Notes under the pieces: generated by a model
Told to the model about the DNA's origin: nothing
The model's database searches: none
What the model saw: only the letters and a program-made list of their open reading frames with translations
Position numbers and translations under genes: made by a program
Part shown: in pieces, positions 1 to 11,638 of the stretch
Position numbering within the stretch: the stretch's first letter is position 1
How the letters are laid out: the number at the start of each line of letters is the position of its first letter
Source of the DNA: Macrostomum lignano
Taxonomy: Eukaryota
Assembly (NCBI GenBank): GCA_002269645.1
Contig: NIVC01000080.1
Coordinates: 248,001 to 312,000, forward strand
Direction of reading: 5' to 3'
Length of the DNA: 64,000 bases

Positions 1-450
1 TGGGATTATCAGTGTTAAGTCGCTTCCTCACTAGGGTTAGTTTTGAGTTCATAAGAGCTGGGATTATCAGTGTTGAGTCGCTTCCTCACTAGGGTTAGTT
101 TTGAGTTCATAAGAGCTGGAATTATCAGTGTTGAGTCGCTTCCTCACTAGGGTTAGTTTTGAGTTCATAAGAGCTGGGATTATCAGTGTTGAGTCGCTTC
201 CTCACTAGGGTTAGTTTTGAGTTCATAAGAGCTGGAATTATCAGTGTTGAGTCGCTTCCTCACTAGGGTTAGTTTTGAGTTCATAAGAGCTGGGATTATC
301 AGTGTTGAGTCGCTTCCTCACTAGGGTTAGTTTTGAGTTCATAAGAGCTGGGATTTTCAGTGTTGAGTCGCTTCCTCACTAGGGTTAGTTTTGAGTTCAT
401 AAGAGCTGGGATTTTCAGTGTTGAGTCGCTTCCTCACTAGGGTTAGTTTT
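1..450. repeat. 58-bp tandem minisatellite, about 7.8 copies, truncated by the window edge
   Basis: Unit TGGGATTATCAGTGTTGAGTCGCTTCCTCACTAGGGTTAGTTTTGAGTTCATAAGAGC restarts at 1, 59, 117, 175, 233, 291, 349 and 407. It ends about 25 nt before the CTGCAG acceptor upstream of PHB1. Confidence 0.97.
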
Positions 451-493
451 ACATATTGCACTGATTACCACTGCAGCGTTGGTGACAAACAAT

Positions 494-1937
494 ATGCAAA
501 GTCTACTTAATAAGCTCGGCATCCTTGGCCTCGGCGCCGCGGCCATTGGCAGTGCTGTTCAAGCGGCCGTTTATAATGTTGACGCTGGCGAGCAGGCTGT
601 CATCTTTGACAGATTCTCGGGCGTCAAGCAGGAGGTCTATAGCGAGGGCACGCACTTTCGCATTCCCTGGCTGCAGCGGCCGACCATTTTCGAGATTCGC
701 TGCCGCCCCCGTCTGGTCTCCGTCGTGACCGGCAGCAAGGACCTGCAGAATGTCAACATCTCGCTGCGCATTCTGTTCAGGCCTCAGTCTGAGCAGCTGC
801 CCCAGATACTCAACAATCTTGGCGCCGACTATGACGAACGCGTCCTGCCGTCCATCACTAACGAGGTGCTGAAGGCCGTGGTGGCTCAGTTCGACGCGTC
901 CGAGCTCATCACCCAGCGAGAGGTGGTGTCTCAGAAGGTGCGCCACTGGCTGACTGACCCACTGAGTCACCCACTGATTGACCCTCTGACCCACTGAGTC
1001 GCCCACTGATTGACCCTCTGACCCACTGATTCACCCACTGATTGACCCTCTGACCCACTGAGTCGCCCACTGATTGACCCTCTCACCCACTGAGTCACCC
1101 ACTGATTGATCCTCTGACCCACTGAGTCACCCACTGATTGACCCTCTTGACCCACTGAGTCACCCACTGATTGACCCTCTCACCCACTGAGTCACCCACT
1201 GATTGACCCTCTGACCCACTGAGTCACCCACTGATTGATCCTCTGATCCACTGAGTCACCTACTGATTGACCCTCTCACCCATTGAGTCACCCACTGATT
1301 GACCCTCTGACTCATTGAGTCATCCGCTGATTTACTCTCTGACCCATTGATTCACCCACTGATTGACCCTCTGACCCATTGAGTCACCCACTGACTGACC
1401 CTCTGATCCACTGACTCATTAATTGACCCTCTGACAGTGTCTATTGACCCACTAACACACCCACTGACTCACTGACCCACTGAATATTGTATTGTACTAA
1501 GTGCAAGCAGCAACTCACTAAAAGTACAGTGCTTAAGCCTCTCTCCTAACTGCTGAATACTGCAGGTCCGCGAAGGCCTAGTGGAACGCGCCTACAGCTT
1601 CGGCATCACGATCGACGACATCGCGCTGACGCATCTGACATTCGGCAAGGAATTCTCTGACGCGGTAGAAGCCAAGCAGGTGGCTCAGCAGGAGGCGGAG
1701 CGGGCTCGGTTTCTTGTTGAAAAAGCCGAGCAAACCAAGAAAGCGGCCATCGTGTCGGCAGAAGGCGACGCCCTGGCTGCTAAGCTTCTGTCCGAGGCGT
1801 TCGGCAAAGTTGGCGAAGGCCTGATTGAGTTGCGTCGGATCGAAGCGTCCGAAGATGTGGCCTATCAGCTGGGCAAGAATCCCAGGGTGGCCTACTTGCC
1901 AACTGGCCAGACCACTCTGCTGCAGTTGCCGCAGTGA
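494..1937 (+). CDS. PHB1: Prohibitin 1 (SPFH/band-7 family), 271 aa; coding exons 494-937 and 1566-1937
   Basis: Translation shows [112 protein letters not shown] and [14 protein letters not shown], ending LLQLPQ, all PHB1 hallmarks. Phase-0 GT-AG intron 938-1565 joins the two ORFs in frame (444+372 nt). Confidence 0.97.
950..1480. repeat. 32-bp intronic minisatellite in the PHB1 intron
   Basis: Unit CCCACTGAGTCACCCACTGATTGACCCTCTGA, built from 8- and 12-nt subunits. It degenerates toward the 3' end. Confidence 0.93.
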
Positions 1938-1964
1938 ACTGACCAGAATATTTTCAAAGCAAAA

Positions 1965-2453
1965 TGACAGGGTTGCAGACATTTCCTAGTTTTTTCCGTA
2001 GCCTAATTGTAATGCACTGGGCTGGAGTCATGGATGAAGGAATAGAAAGGATCGCCCATCTGAAAGCGAGTCTATGGTCAAGACTCCCCCATGAATTTCA
2101 TTGGCTGCTGGAAGTTAATAATAGTCCTTTCTTCCTCTGGGCCACGACGGCTTATGGAAAGTAGTTAGAATTTAAAACAAGAGAAAAGGCTATCTATGTT
2201 CATTATACTACAGCCTAGCATGCGCGTAAATCGTGACTTGGGGATTTCCCCTGCGTACAAGCTTCAGCCAGTAAGAGCTTAGGGTGGACTATTATTAAAT
2301 TCCAGCAGCCAATGAAATTCATGGGGGGGGATATCCCACCCAATTTTTAGGAAGTCTTGGCCATAGACTCTCTTTCAGATGAGCGATCCTTTATTCCTTC
2401 ACCCATGGCTGGCGTGCTAATCTACCAAATTTCGAATGTCTCCGCGGCCGTCA
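1965..2453. repeat. Degenerate long inverted repeat (foldback/MITE-like) just downstream of the PHB1 stop
   Basis: 2086-2127 is the reverse complement of 2286-2327 with 1 mismatch. About 2030-2085 matches 2353-2407 inverted. Weaker similarity extends to 1965 and 2453. Confidence 0.75.
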
Positions 2454-3040
2454 AGCAAGATGTCTATGGCCAAAGCTGAGTCAGAAACAGCAGTCTCTTT
2501 AGTAGTATAATTTGTGTATTTAAGAGGCTGGCCAGTGAGAAAGGTTAGCAAAATCCAGCCTACCAGTGATAAGAATTAATCTACGGTAAATCAGCTTTTT
2601 ACTGTAACTTTGTTCTCAATAATTTATAGTTGAAAATTACCATCTCTTGTGTTTGTGTTAACTATAGTTAGCTATGTTAGCTTAAATCTGGGATGCCCAT
2701 TATTGAGGTTTTTATTGCACTTACACATAAGGAGAATTAGAAGTGTAATAGTGTGGCATCTGCAAAACACTTAGCATTTGCGTTAAAATTAATTTTGTTG
2801 CTAACTTATTTGCATATTAAATCGCAGTTTAGTTATTCGATCGAAAATGATGTCAGGTCACTCGCGTCGGAAGGTCAGTGATTTGTTTTTGAGCTGGAAA
2901 ATATATAACGGCAGTTTGTCCAACCCGATGAATATAGAATTTAATAGCGGCGAAACCTGTGTTGCTTCTATCCCGCTGTTTTTTCTATTTTCTCAATTTT
3001 CACTATTCATTAGATAAGAAAATCACTTACGACTGTTTTG

Positions 3041-3370
3041 GTTTTGGATTCTTTCATAAGCTGAGAGTTAGTACTGTCATTTACGGCTGACAGGGTTGCA
3101 GACATTTCCTAGTTTTTTCCGTAGCCTAATTGTAATGCACTGGGCTGGAGTCATGGATGAAGGAATAGAAAGGATCGCCCATCTGAAAGCGAGTCTATGG
3201 TCAAGACTCCCCCCCCCATGAATTTCATTGGCTGCTGGAAGTTAATAATAGTCCTTTCTTCCTCTGGGCCACGACGGCTTATGGAAAGTAGTTAGAATTT
3301 AAAACAAGAGAAAGAATTTTGTTTTGGATTCTTTCATAAGCTGAGAGTTAGTACTGTCATTTACGGCTGA
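3041..3370 (+). repeat. Local duplication block B-A'-B'
   Basis: 3088-3313 is a near-identical direct copy of 1965-2186 with a lengthened C-run. 3321-3370 is a copy of 3041-3090. Confidence 0.92.
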
Positions 3371-5179
3371 TGTCTGGTAGTGTCTACCAGTGTCATTTAC
3401 GGCTGATGTCTGGTAGTGTCTACCAGTGTCATTTAAAGCTGATGTCTGGTAGTGTCTACCAGTGTCATTTAAAGCTGATGTCTGGTAGTGTCTACCAGTG
3501 TCATTTAAAGCTGATGTCTGGTAGTGTCTACCAGTGTCATTTAAAGCTGATGTCTGGTAGTGTCTACCAGTGTCATTTAAAGCTGATGTCTGGTAGTGTC
3601 TACCAGTGTCATTTAAAGCTGATGTCTGGTAGTGTCTACCAGTGTCATTTAAAGCTGATGTCTGGTAGTGTCTACCAGTGTCATTTAAAGCTGATGTCTG
3701 GTAGTGTCTACCAGTGTCATTTAAAGCTGATGTCTGGTAGTGTCTACCAGTGTCATTTAAAGCTGATGTCTGGTAGTGTCTACCAGTGTCATTTAAAGCT
3801 GATGTCTGGTAGTGTCTACCAGTGTCATTTACGGCTGATGTCTGGTAGTATCTACCAGTGTCATTTAAAGCTGATGTCTGGTAGTGTCTACCAGTGTCAT
3901 TTAAAGCTGATGTCTGGTAGTGTCTACCAGTGTCATTTAAAGCTGATGTCTGGTAGTGTCTACCAGTGTCATTTAAAGCTGATGTCTGGTAGTATCTACC
4001 AGTGTCATTTAAAGCTGATGTCTGGTAGTGTCTACCAGTGTCATTTAAAGCTGATGTCTGGTAGTGTCTACCAGTGTCATTTAAAGCTGATGTCTGGTAG
4101 TGTCTACCAGTGTCATTTAAAGCTGATGTCTGGTAGTGTCTACCAGTGTCATTTAAAGCTGATGTCTGGTAGTGTCTACCAGTGTCATTTAAAGCTGATG
4201 TCTGGTAGTGTCTACCAGTGTCATTTAAAGCTGATGTCTGGTAGTGTCTACCAGTGTCATTTAAAGCTGATGTCTGGTAGTGTCTACCAGTGTCATTTAA
4301 AGCTGATGTCTGGTAGTGTCTACCAGTGTCATTTAAAGCTGATGTCTGGTAGTGTCTACCAGTGTCATTTAAAGCTGATGTCTGGTAGTGTCTACCAGTG
4401 TCATTTAAAGCTGATGTCTGGTAGTGTCTACCAGTGTCATTTAAAGCTGATGTCTGGTAGTGTCTACCAGTGTCATTTAAAGCTGATGTCTGGTAGTGTC
4501 TACCAGTGTCATTTAAAGCTGATGTCTGGTAGTGTCTACCAGTGTCATTTAAAGCTGATGTCTGGTAGTGTCTACCAGTGTCATTTAAAGCTGATGTCTG
4601 GTAGTATCTACCAGTGTCATTTAAAGCTGATGTCTGGTAGTGTCTACCAGTGTCATTTAAAGCTGATGTCTGGTAGTGTCTACCAGTGTCATTTAAAGCT
4701 GATGTCTGGTAGTGTCTACCAGTGTCATTTAAAGCTGATGTCTGGTAGTGTCTACCAGTGTCATTTACGGCTGATGTCTGGTAGTGTCTACTAGTGTCAT
4801 TAAAAGCTGATGTCTGGTAGTGTCTACCAGTGTCATTTACGGCTGATGTCTGGTAGTGTCTACTAGTGTCATTAAAAGCTGATGTCTGGTAGTGTCTACC
4901 AGTGTCATTTAAAGCTGATGTCTGGTAGTGTCTACCAGTGTCATTTAAAGCTGATGTCTGGTAGTGTCTACCAGTGTCATTTACGGCTGATGTCTGGTAG
5001 TGTCTACCAGTGTCATTTACGGCTGATGTCTGGTAGTGTCTACTAGTGTCATTAAAAGCTGGTGTCTGGTAGTGTCTACCAGTGTCATTTACGGCTGATG
5101 TCTGGTAGTGTCTACCAGTGTCATTTACGGCTGATGTCTGGTAGTGTCTACCAGTGTCATTTAAGGCTGATGTCTGGTA
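3371..5179. repeat. 36-bp tandem satellite, about 50 copies, with an internal 7-bp hairpin
   Basis: Unit TGTCTGGTAGTGTCTACCAGTGTCATTTAAAGCTGA. CTGGTAG-tgt-CTACCAG is a perfect stem-loop. There are no spacers. The 474-aa ORF is this unit read as MSGSVYQCHLKL. Confidence 0.98.
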
Positions 5180-6504
5180 TAGTGTTCAACAGTATTGAGT
5201 TTCATTGCTGCTGCATTTGCATGGTTTAATGGAACAGCCACCTGTATTTAATGTCCTGTGTCACACCTTCATAAATAATTACTGCAGCTGCAGTTATTCC
5301 ACATGTATTCCGCCTATTTTGTCCTTTTATCTGAAATCCAAAGATATTTTTCCATATTTCCATATCCAAATTAACTGGCAGAAGTCAAAACTTAATCTAG
5401 TAACAGTCACGAATGAATATTTGATTCCAGATTATTCCACAATATCCCGGGATTAGAATATTCAGCCGATCCTTGCCCGTCCAGAAACTTTTTCTCGCAA
5501 CAGCTAAGCTTCGGCTCAAAAAGTTTAGGAAACTATAAATACCTGTATGGGGGAAGGAAGGCGTTAATGAGCATGCGCAAGGAGCTCACGGATTCGCCAT
5601 TTCATGCGCCTCTTGATCTGGTCACAGCTTCCTTGATGCGTGGCCCCAATCCTGTGCCACTGGTGCATAAACAACTGAAACACCACTCGCCTGAGAAGCC
5701 TATCATTCATCGTTCGATTATAGAAGTATCCCCGTATTTTGTTATCTAAGGTAACTTGCTGGCTGGTCGGCTGAGTTAAGAGTGATACTCGGGTGTGCGT
5801 GAAATTTAATTTCATGCTACGGTTAGTTATAAACTGCTCAAGTGAGAGTTCAAATGGGTTCTTGATGTTAAGCTTTTCGGCTCGGTTCAGGATATTTTTT
5901 TACCAAGTTGAGTTGAAACTACTCAAGCACATGCAGTGGCGGTTCATAGAGGCAAATGTGCTGGCTTATCTCAAATCTCAAAAAGCTCTCTCGGAGAGAG
6001 CACAAGTTCAAAATATGGACTTGCGAATTTCAAATGTGTGAATTCTGTTCAAATGGAGTTTATTTTTACAGATGGACTTTTATCAAGTTGCTACAATCCA
6101 TTCCGAATCCTCACTTTACAGGAAGCATGCACTCTCGCACGCAACCTGATTGGAGGGTGTTGAACAGTCCAACTCTTTACAATCATGCAATGCTTTAAAT
6201 CCAAAGCTAAATTCCCTATTTTTCCAGCTGGTGCAATAGCGAATCTGCATGCACTTTTATATTGCTTCCTATTAGACTGAGGCTTGTCTGTTTCCTGAAG
6301 GACTGAAGACCCGGTTAGAAGAGATTTTCATAAATCTTTTGCAGCAGGCCCAGAAATATTCTTTTCCGCTCAAATGTTGCCTAAGTGAGGCTTGTAGCAA
6401 TTCTGTTGAGTACAAGCTTAGACGGGTTTTATGCTATCGATCTCTTCTTCAGTTTAGCTAAGGCTTGTCAGAAAATTTATGCAAAGTACGGCCGCCCCAG
6501 TCCC

Positions 6505-7311
6505 CACCAACACTGCACGATAGCTGCAGCAAACACGGCAACCCCATCACCTGTTCGCCATCAACACTGCACGATAGCTGCAGCAAATACGGCAACCCCA
6601 TCACCTGTTCCCCATCAACACTGCACGATAGCTGCAGCAAATACGGCAACCCCATCACCTGTTCGCCATCAACACTGCACGATAGCTGCAGCAAATACGG
6701 CAACCCCATCACCTGTTCGCCATCAACACTGCACGATAGCTGCAGCAAATACGGCAACCCCATCACCTGTTCGCCACCAACACTGCACGATAGCTGCAGC
6801 AAATACGGCAACCCCATCACCTGTTCGCCACCAACACTGCACGATAGCTGCAGCAAATACGGCAACCCCATCACCTGTTCGCCACCAACACTGCACGATA
6901 GCTGCAGCAAATACGGCAACCCCATCACCTGTTCGCCACCAACACTGCACGATAGCTGCAGCAAATACGGCAACCCCATCACCTGTTCGCCATCAACACT
7001 GCACGATAGCTGCAGCAAATAAGGCAACCCCATCACCTGTTCGCCACCAACACTGCACGATAGCTGCAGCAAATACGGCAACCCCATCACCTGTTCGCCA
7101 CCAACACTGCACGATAGCTGCAGCAAATACGGCAACCTCATTACCTGTTCGCCACCAACACTGCACGATAGCTGCAGCAAATACGGCAACCCCATCACCT
7201 GTTCGCCACCAACGCTGCACGATAGCTGCAGCAAATAAGGCAACCCCATCACCTGTTCGCCACCAACACTGCACGATAGCTGCAGCAAATACGGCAACCC
7301 CATCACCTGTT
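6505..7311. repeat. 54-bp tandem minisatellite, about 15 copies
   Basis: Unit CACCAACACTGCACGATAGCTGCAGCAAATACGGCAACCCCATCACCTGTTCGC. It explains the overlapping 18-aa-periodic ORFs on both strands. Confidence 0.97.
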
Positions 7312-9361
7312 TGTTCACATGCCATAAGCCTATAAGGCTGTTGTGTTTGCTTTGTGGTTGATCTACATGTACAAAGTTTGTTGAATTCATTCTTTAATCT
7401 GTTGTGTTCAATAAATTGACCCAAAGCAGGGTTTTACTGCAGACCATTTTGGCATGAGAAAGTAGTTAGAACATATGCCAGCTACATGGGATCACTGTAA
7501 TAATGCATGCACGAATCGACTTTACTGTTGAGTGCACTTCACAGTAGTCTGCAACTTCGGAAGGCCACTGCAGACAAAAAAATCTAACTAATCGGGGCTT
7601 GTCGTGAGCAAGTCGGGCTTGATGAACAAAACGGTTTGATTAGATTCCAGGCTGAATCTCAAACTTATTGGCAGTCGCTGCCGCCCGTAAAAGTGCAGCG
7701 CTGCGGCTCGAGAAGCCGAGAGTTCTCGACGCTCTATAATGAACTTCTGGAACCCCAGTAGACCAGTGGCAGGAATAAAAATGTCTAAAATTGAATTTTT
7801 GCAATAAGAGGGTTCTGATCACGGCCAGCAGACCTCACTGTCTGTCTGTCTTACATGCAGTCTTAAAAATGCGAATTATACTTTTATTCAGAACTTTGGC
7901 AGCCTTACATTTCGCTAAGTAATATTATTAGTGCATAGTAAAATCTGATTACATTAGCTACTGACAACTCATTTTTAGTTTCAGTGGAGATTTACAGCCT
8001 GTTAAAAATAAATTCGTGTGCACTACTATTCTATTTCTTCGAAAAAAAATTACTTAAACAAAAAGAATATGGATAAAAACACACAGGGCTCCCAAGAAGC
8101 TACATGTACTAGTTGTGAAGGCTTCATTGAACCATATAATTGGGGACCTAAGAGGATAAGCGCGTGTATCCCGCACACGCGAAGGCAGAGTGGACCGTGA
8201 AGAGCACACTCTAAGCGATGCATGTCATTCTAGAAGGGCTTTGCTGTTGACATGCAAAAATAAGAAGCTGCAGCCCATTAGAAGCTGCTGAACAGCTCAG
8301 GTAATGTAATGTGCTCGTGCTAACGATATAGTGTCTAATGCTCCTATAATGCCGAACGCGATGGGCCTTGGCTGCGTCTTGCCCGTCACCTGCAAGTGAT
8401 AAAAAGCCACCCGAATCGACAAAAGCAATGCTGTCAGGGTGGCATGGATGGGGAGAATCTACTAGAAGAGGAGAATCAAAACAAGGAAAATAAACAAGCC
8501 AAAAATGCGCATATGTATATACGAATGGCCACTAGAGGAGCGTTCTGCCGATAGAACGCGTCAGGTCCCGGCAGTAAAATTAATTTGCATTCCTAATGCC
8601 AATTTATCTCGCGATTTCCATCGGCCATATTTGCGATTCCTCTGGCAGTGCTCTCAATCAATGCTCCGAATATACATATATGTACGCATATTGAGAAATA
8701 TAATAAGCAATCTAGCCCCAGTCCCTCCCGCGTCAGCAAAAGAATAAGCTCCAGAGTTTTCTAATCCCGCTCCGACCCCCTCCCCATGTAGCTCGGTGGC
8801 ATTGGCAATGGCATGCGCTGGGCTTCTGCGATCGACTTTCACATCCGGTTGGCTCGTTATTCGACTTTTCTGCTCTGGAATCCTGCTCGCAGCTGTAAAT
8901 TATAGCGCTGGGCTAAGCGGCGGCGCAGTTTATGCGCTTGTGGGGCAAATGAAATCAGGCAAAAATATGACCACTCAGAAGAGCTGATTGCACTTTCTGG
9001 AACACGTTTGTCTGAAACCCAAGCCCCAAGCCAAGCGCGGTCAAGGGTGGACGCGGAGGGCCAAAGCGCTAGCTGGGGTCTGGAAGGTCCGACCGCATGC
9101 GCCATACTTAGCTGCCATTCCTTGCGCTGAATCGCTAGGAAAATGTATATAGCTTGGAAGACAGAAATCTTTCTTTCTGCGTTTTCTTTTCTTTCTAACT
9201 AAAAGAAATACTTTTAGGTTATGCGGTAGTTTTCTTGGGCTGCCAACTGGGCTTTTGTATATGCTAAATGCGGATGCCATGGTATCCTTGACTTTGATCA
9301 TGACATATCCTAAACTTGGACCTACAAGATTTTTCCGATGGATGCTAAATTCTTGCCTGGG

Positions 9362-10850
9362 GACACTGGAGTCTCACCTGCGGCACTATAGACTCACATG
9401 TAGCGCAAGAGTCTTGCTTTGGCACTAGAGACTCACCTGCGGCACCAGAGACTCACCCGCGCCACTAAAGACTCACCTGTGGCACTAGAGACTCACCCGC
9501 GCCACTAAAGACTCACCTGTGGCACTAGAGACTCACCTGTGGCACTAGAGACTCACCTGTGGCACTAGAGACTCACCTGTGGCACTAGAGACTCACCTGT
9601 TGCGCAAGAGCCTTGCCTTTGGCACTAGAGACTCACCTGCGCCACTAAAGACTCACCTGCGGCACCAGAGACTCACCTGCGGAACCAGAGACTCACCTGC
9701 GGCACCAGAGACTCACCTGCCCCACTAAAGACTCACCTGTAGCGCTAGAGACTCACATGTAGCGCAAGAGTCTTGCCTTTGGCACTAGAGACTCACCTGT
9801 GGCACTAGAGACTCACCTGTAGCGCAAGAGTCTTGCTTTTGGCACTAGAGACTCACCTGCGGCACCAGAGACTCACCCGCGCCACTAAAGACTCACCTGT
9901 GGCACTAGAGACTCACATGTAGCGCAAGAGTCTTGCCTTTGGCACCAGAGACTCACCTGCGCCACTAAAGACTCACCTGCGGCACCAGAGACTCACCTGC
10001 GGCACCAGAGACTCACCTGCGCCACTAAAGACTCACCTGCGGCACCAGAGACTCACCTGCGGCACCAGAGACTCACCTGCGCCACTAAAGACTCACCTGC
10101 GGCACTAGAGACTCACATGTAGCGCAAGAGTCTCACCTGCGGCACTAGAGACTCACCTGTAGCGCAAGAGTCTTGCCTTTGGCACTAGAGACTCACCTGC
10201 GGCACTAAAGACTCACCTGCGGCACTAGAGACTCACATGTAGCGCAAGAGTCTCACCTGCGGCACTAGAGACTCACCTGTAGCGCAAGAGTCTCACCTGC
10301 GGCACTAGAGACTCACCTGTAGCGCAAGAGTCTCACCTGCGGCACTAGAGACTCACCTGTAGCGCAAGAGTCTCACCTGCGGCACTAGAGACTCACCTGT
10401 AGCGCAAGAGTCTCACCTGCGGCACTAGAGACTCACCTGTAGCGCAAGAGTCTCACCTGCGGCACTAGAGACTCACCTGTAGCGCAAGAGTCTCACCTGC
10501 GGGACCAGAGATTCATCTGCCCCACTAAAGACTCACCTGCGGCACCAGAGACTCACCTGCCCCACTAAAGACTCACCTGCGGCACCAGAGACTCACCTGC
10601 GCCACTAAAGACTCACCTGCGGCACCAGAGACTCACCTGCGCCACTAAAGACTCACCTGCGGCACCAGAGACTCACCTGCCCCACTAAAGACTCACCTGC
10701 GGCACCAGAGACTCACCTGCGCCACTAAAGACTCACCTGCGGCACCAGAGACTCACCTGCGCCACTAAAGACTCACCTGCGGCACCAGAGACTCACCTGC
10801 GGCACCAGAGACTCACCTGCCCCACTCACCTGTAGCGCTAGAGTCGCCCT
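9362..10850. repeat. 20-bp minisatellite with interspersed variant units
   Basis: Core GGCACTAGAGACTCACCTG(C/T), variants GCCACTAAAG... and AGCGCAAGAGTCTTGCCTTT. Variants alternate regularly at about 10260-10500 and 10510-10800. Confidence 0.95.
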
Positions 10851-11638
10851 GCGGCGCTACACTGTCGCAATAAGCTTATAGTCAATTGGATCTTGCCCTC
10901 TGAGAAACTATTTTTAGTAATGCTACTGAAGATTTTAATTTTTGTACGGTCGTATCTGGGTTAATTAGGCCCGTGATGCCAAATGGCTCTGTGATTCCAA
11001 TGAAAAAAACCCCAAGTCGCCAAACAGAAGAGGTCAAACGATGTCATTCGTCATTTCAATTGGCATTACTCTTCTTTGGCACACTGTATACGATGTTAGA
11101 GTTGCTTTGAACATACTTTTTTATACTTTGGCTAGCTTAAGTTCCGCGCGAGCGAGTCTCAGCCCAACCGATAAGTTCCCAGCATTGAGTAGCTACCGGG
11201 GTCTCTCAAGCTCCTGGACAAAATGATTGCAGCAGAGGGAGAAGAGGGGAGATGGAAGAGCCTAGTGAGAAATCTGAAAGATGAAAGCAGAAATCAAAAA
11301 CTGATGAGATTGCAAAGTGCATTTCTACAGCGAACTGGCGAGGATCAACGCTAACAATTTGTTATCCCCATAAGCCAGACTTGCCCTCTCCCTGCCCCTC
11401 CCATATGCATGATCGGATTCTAAAGCCAGTGGGATTTGCTGGGAAGCCAGTGGTCTCCAGCCAACCCCAAATTTTCCTGCCCTCAGTCAACACGGGCAGG
11501 CTTGGTCTATAAGTTTTCCCTGCCTTCCCAATCGTCAGAGCGCCAAGCCCCGATCCCTTACCTCGCCTTGTGACCTTCGAACCGAAACTGTTCTGCATTT
11601 AAATTCAACGATCCGAAAAACTATCCGACTCCCAAGCC

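Noticed and set aside
3370-4794. 474-aa ORF (MSGSVYQCHLKL)n as a protein
   Set aside because: It is simply the 36-bp satellite read in its stop-free frame. Identical codons in all units and no splice or promoter evidence.
3371-5179. CRISPR array (36-bp palindromic repeat)
   Set aside because: Units are head-to-tail with no unique spacers, there are no cas genes, and the context is eukaryotic and intron-containing.
6385-7424. ORFs of 143-316 aa on both strands
   Set aside because: All are translations of the 54-bp minisatellite.
11300-11340. Hammerhead ribozyme at CTGATGAG (also 57952 on the minus strand)
   Set aside because: No stem II closed by GAAA and no stems I/III.
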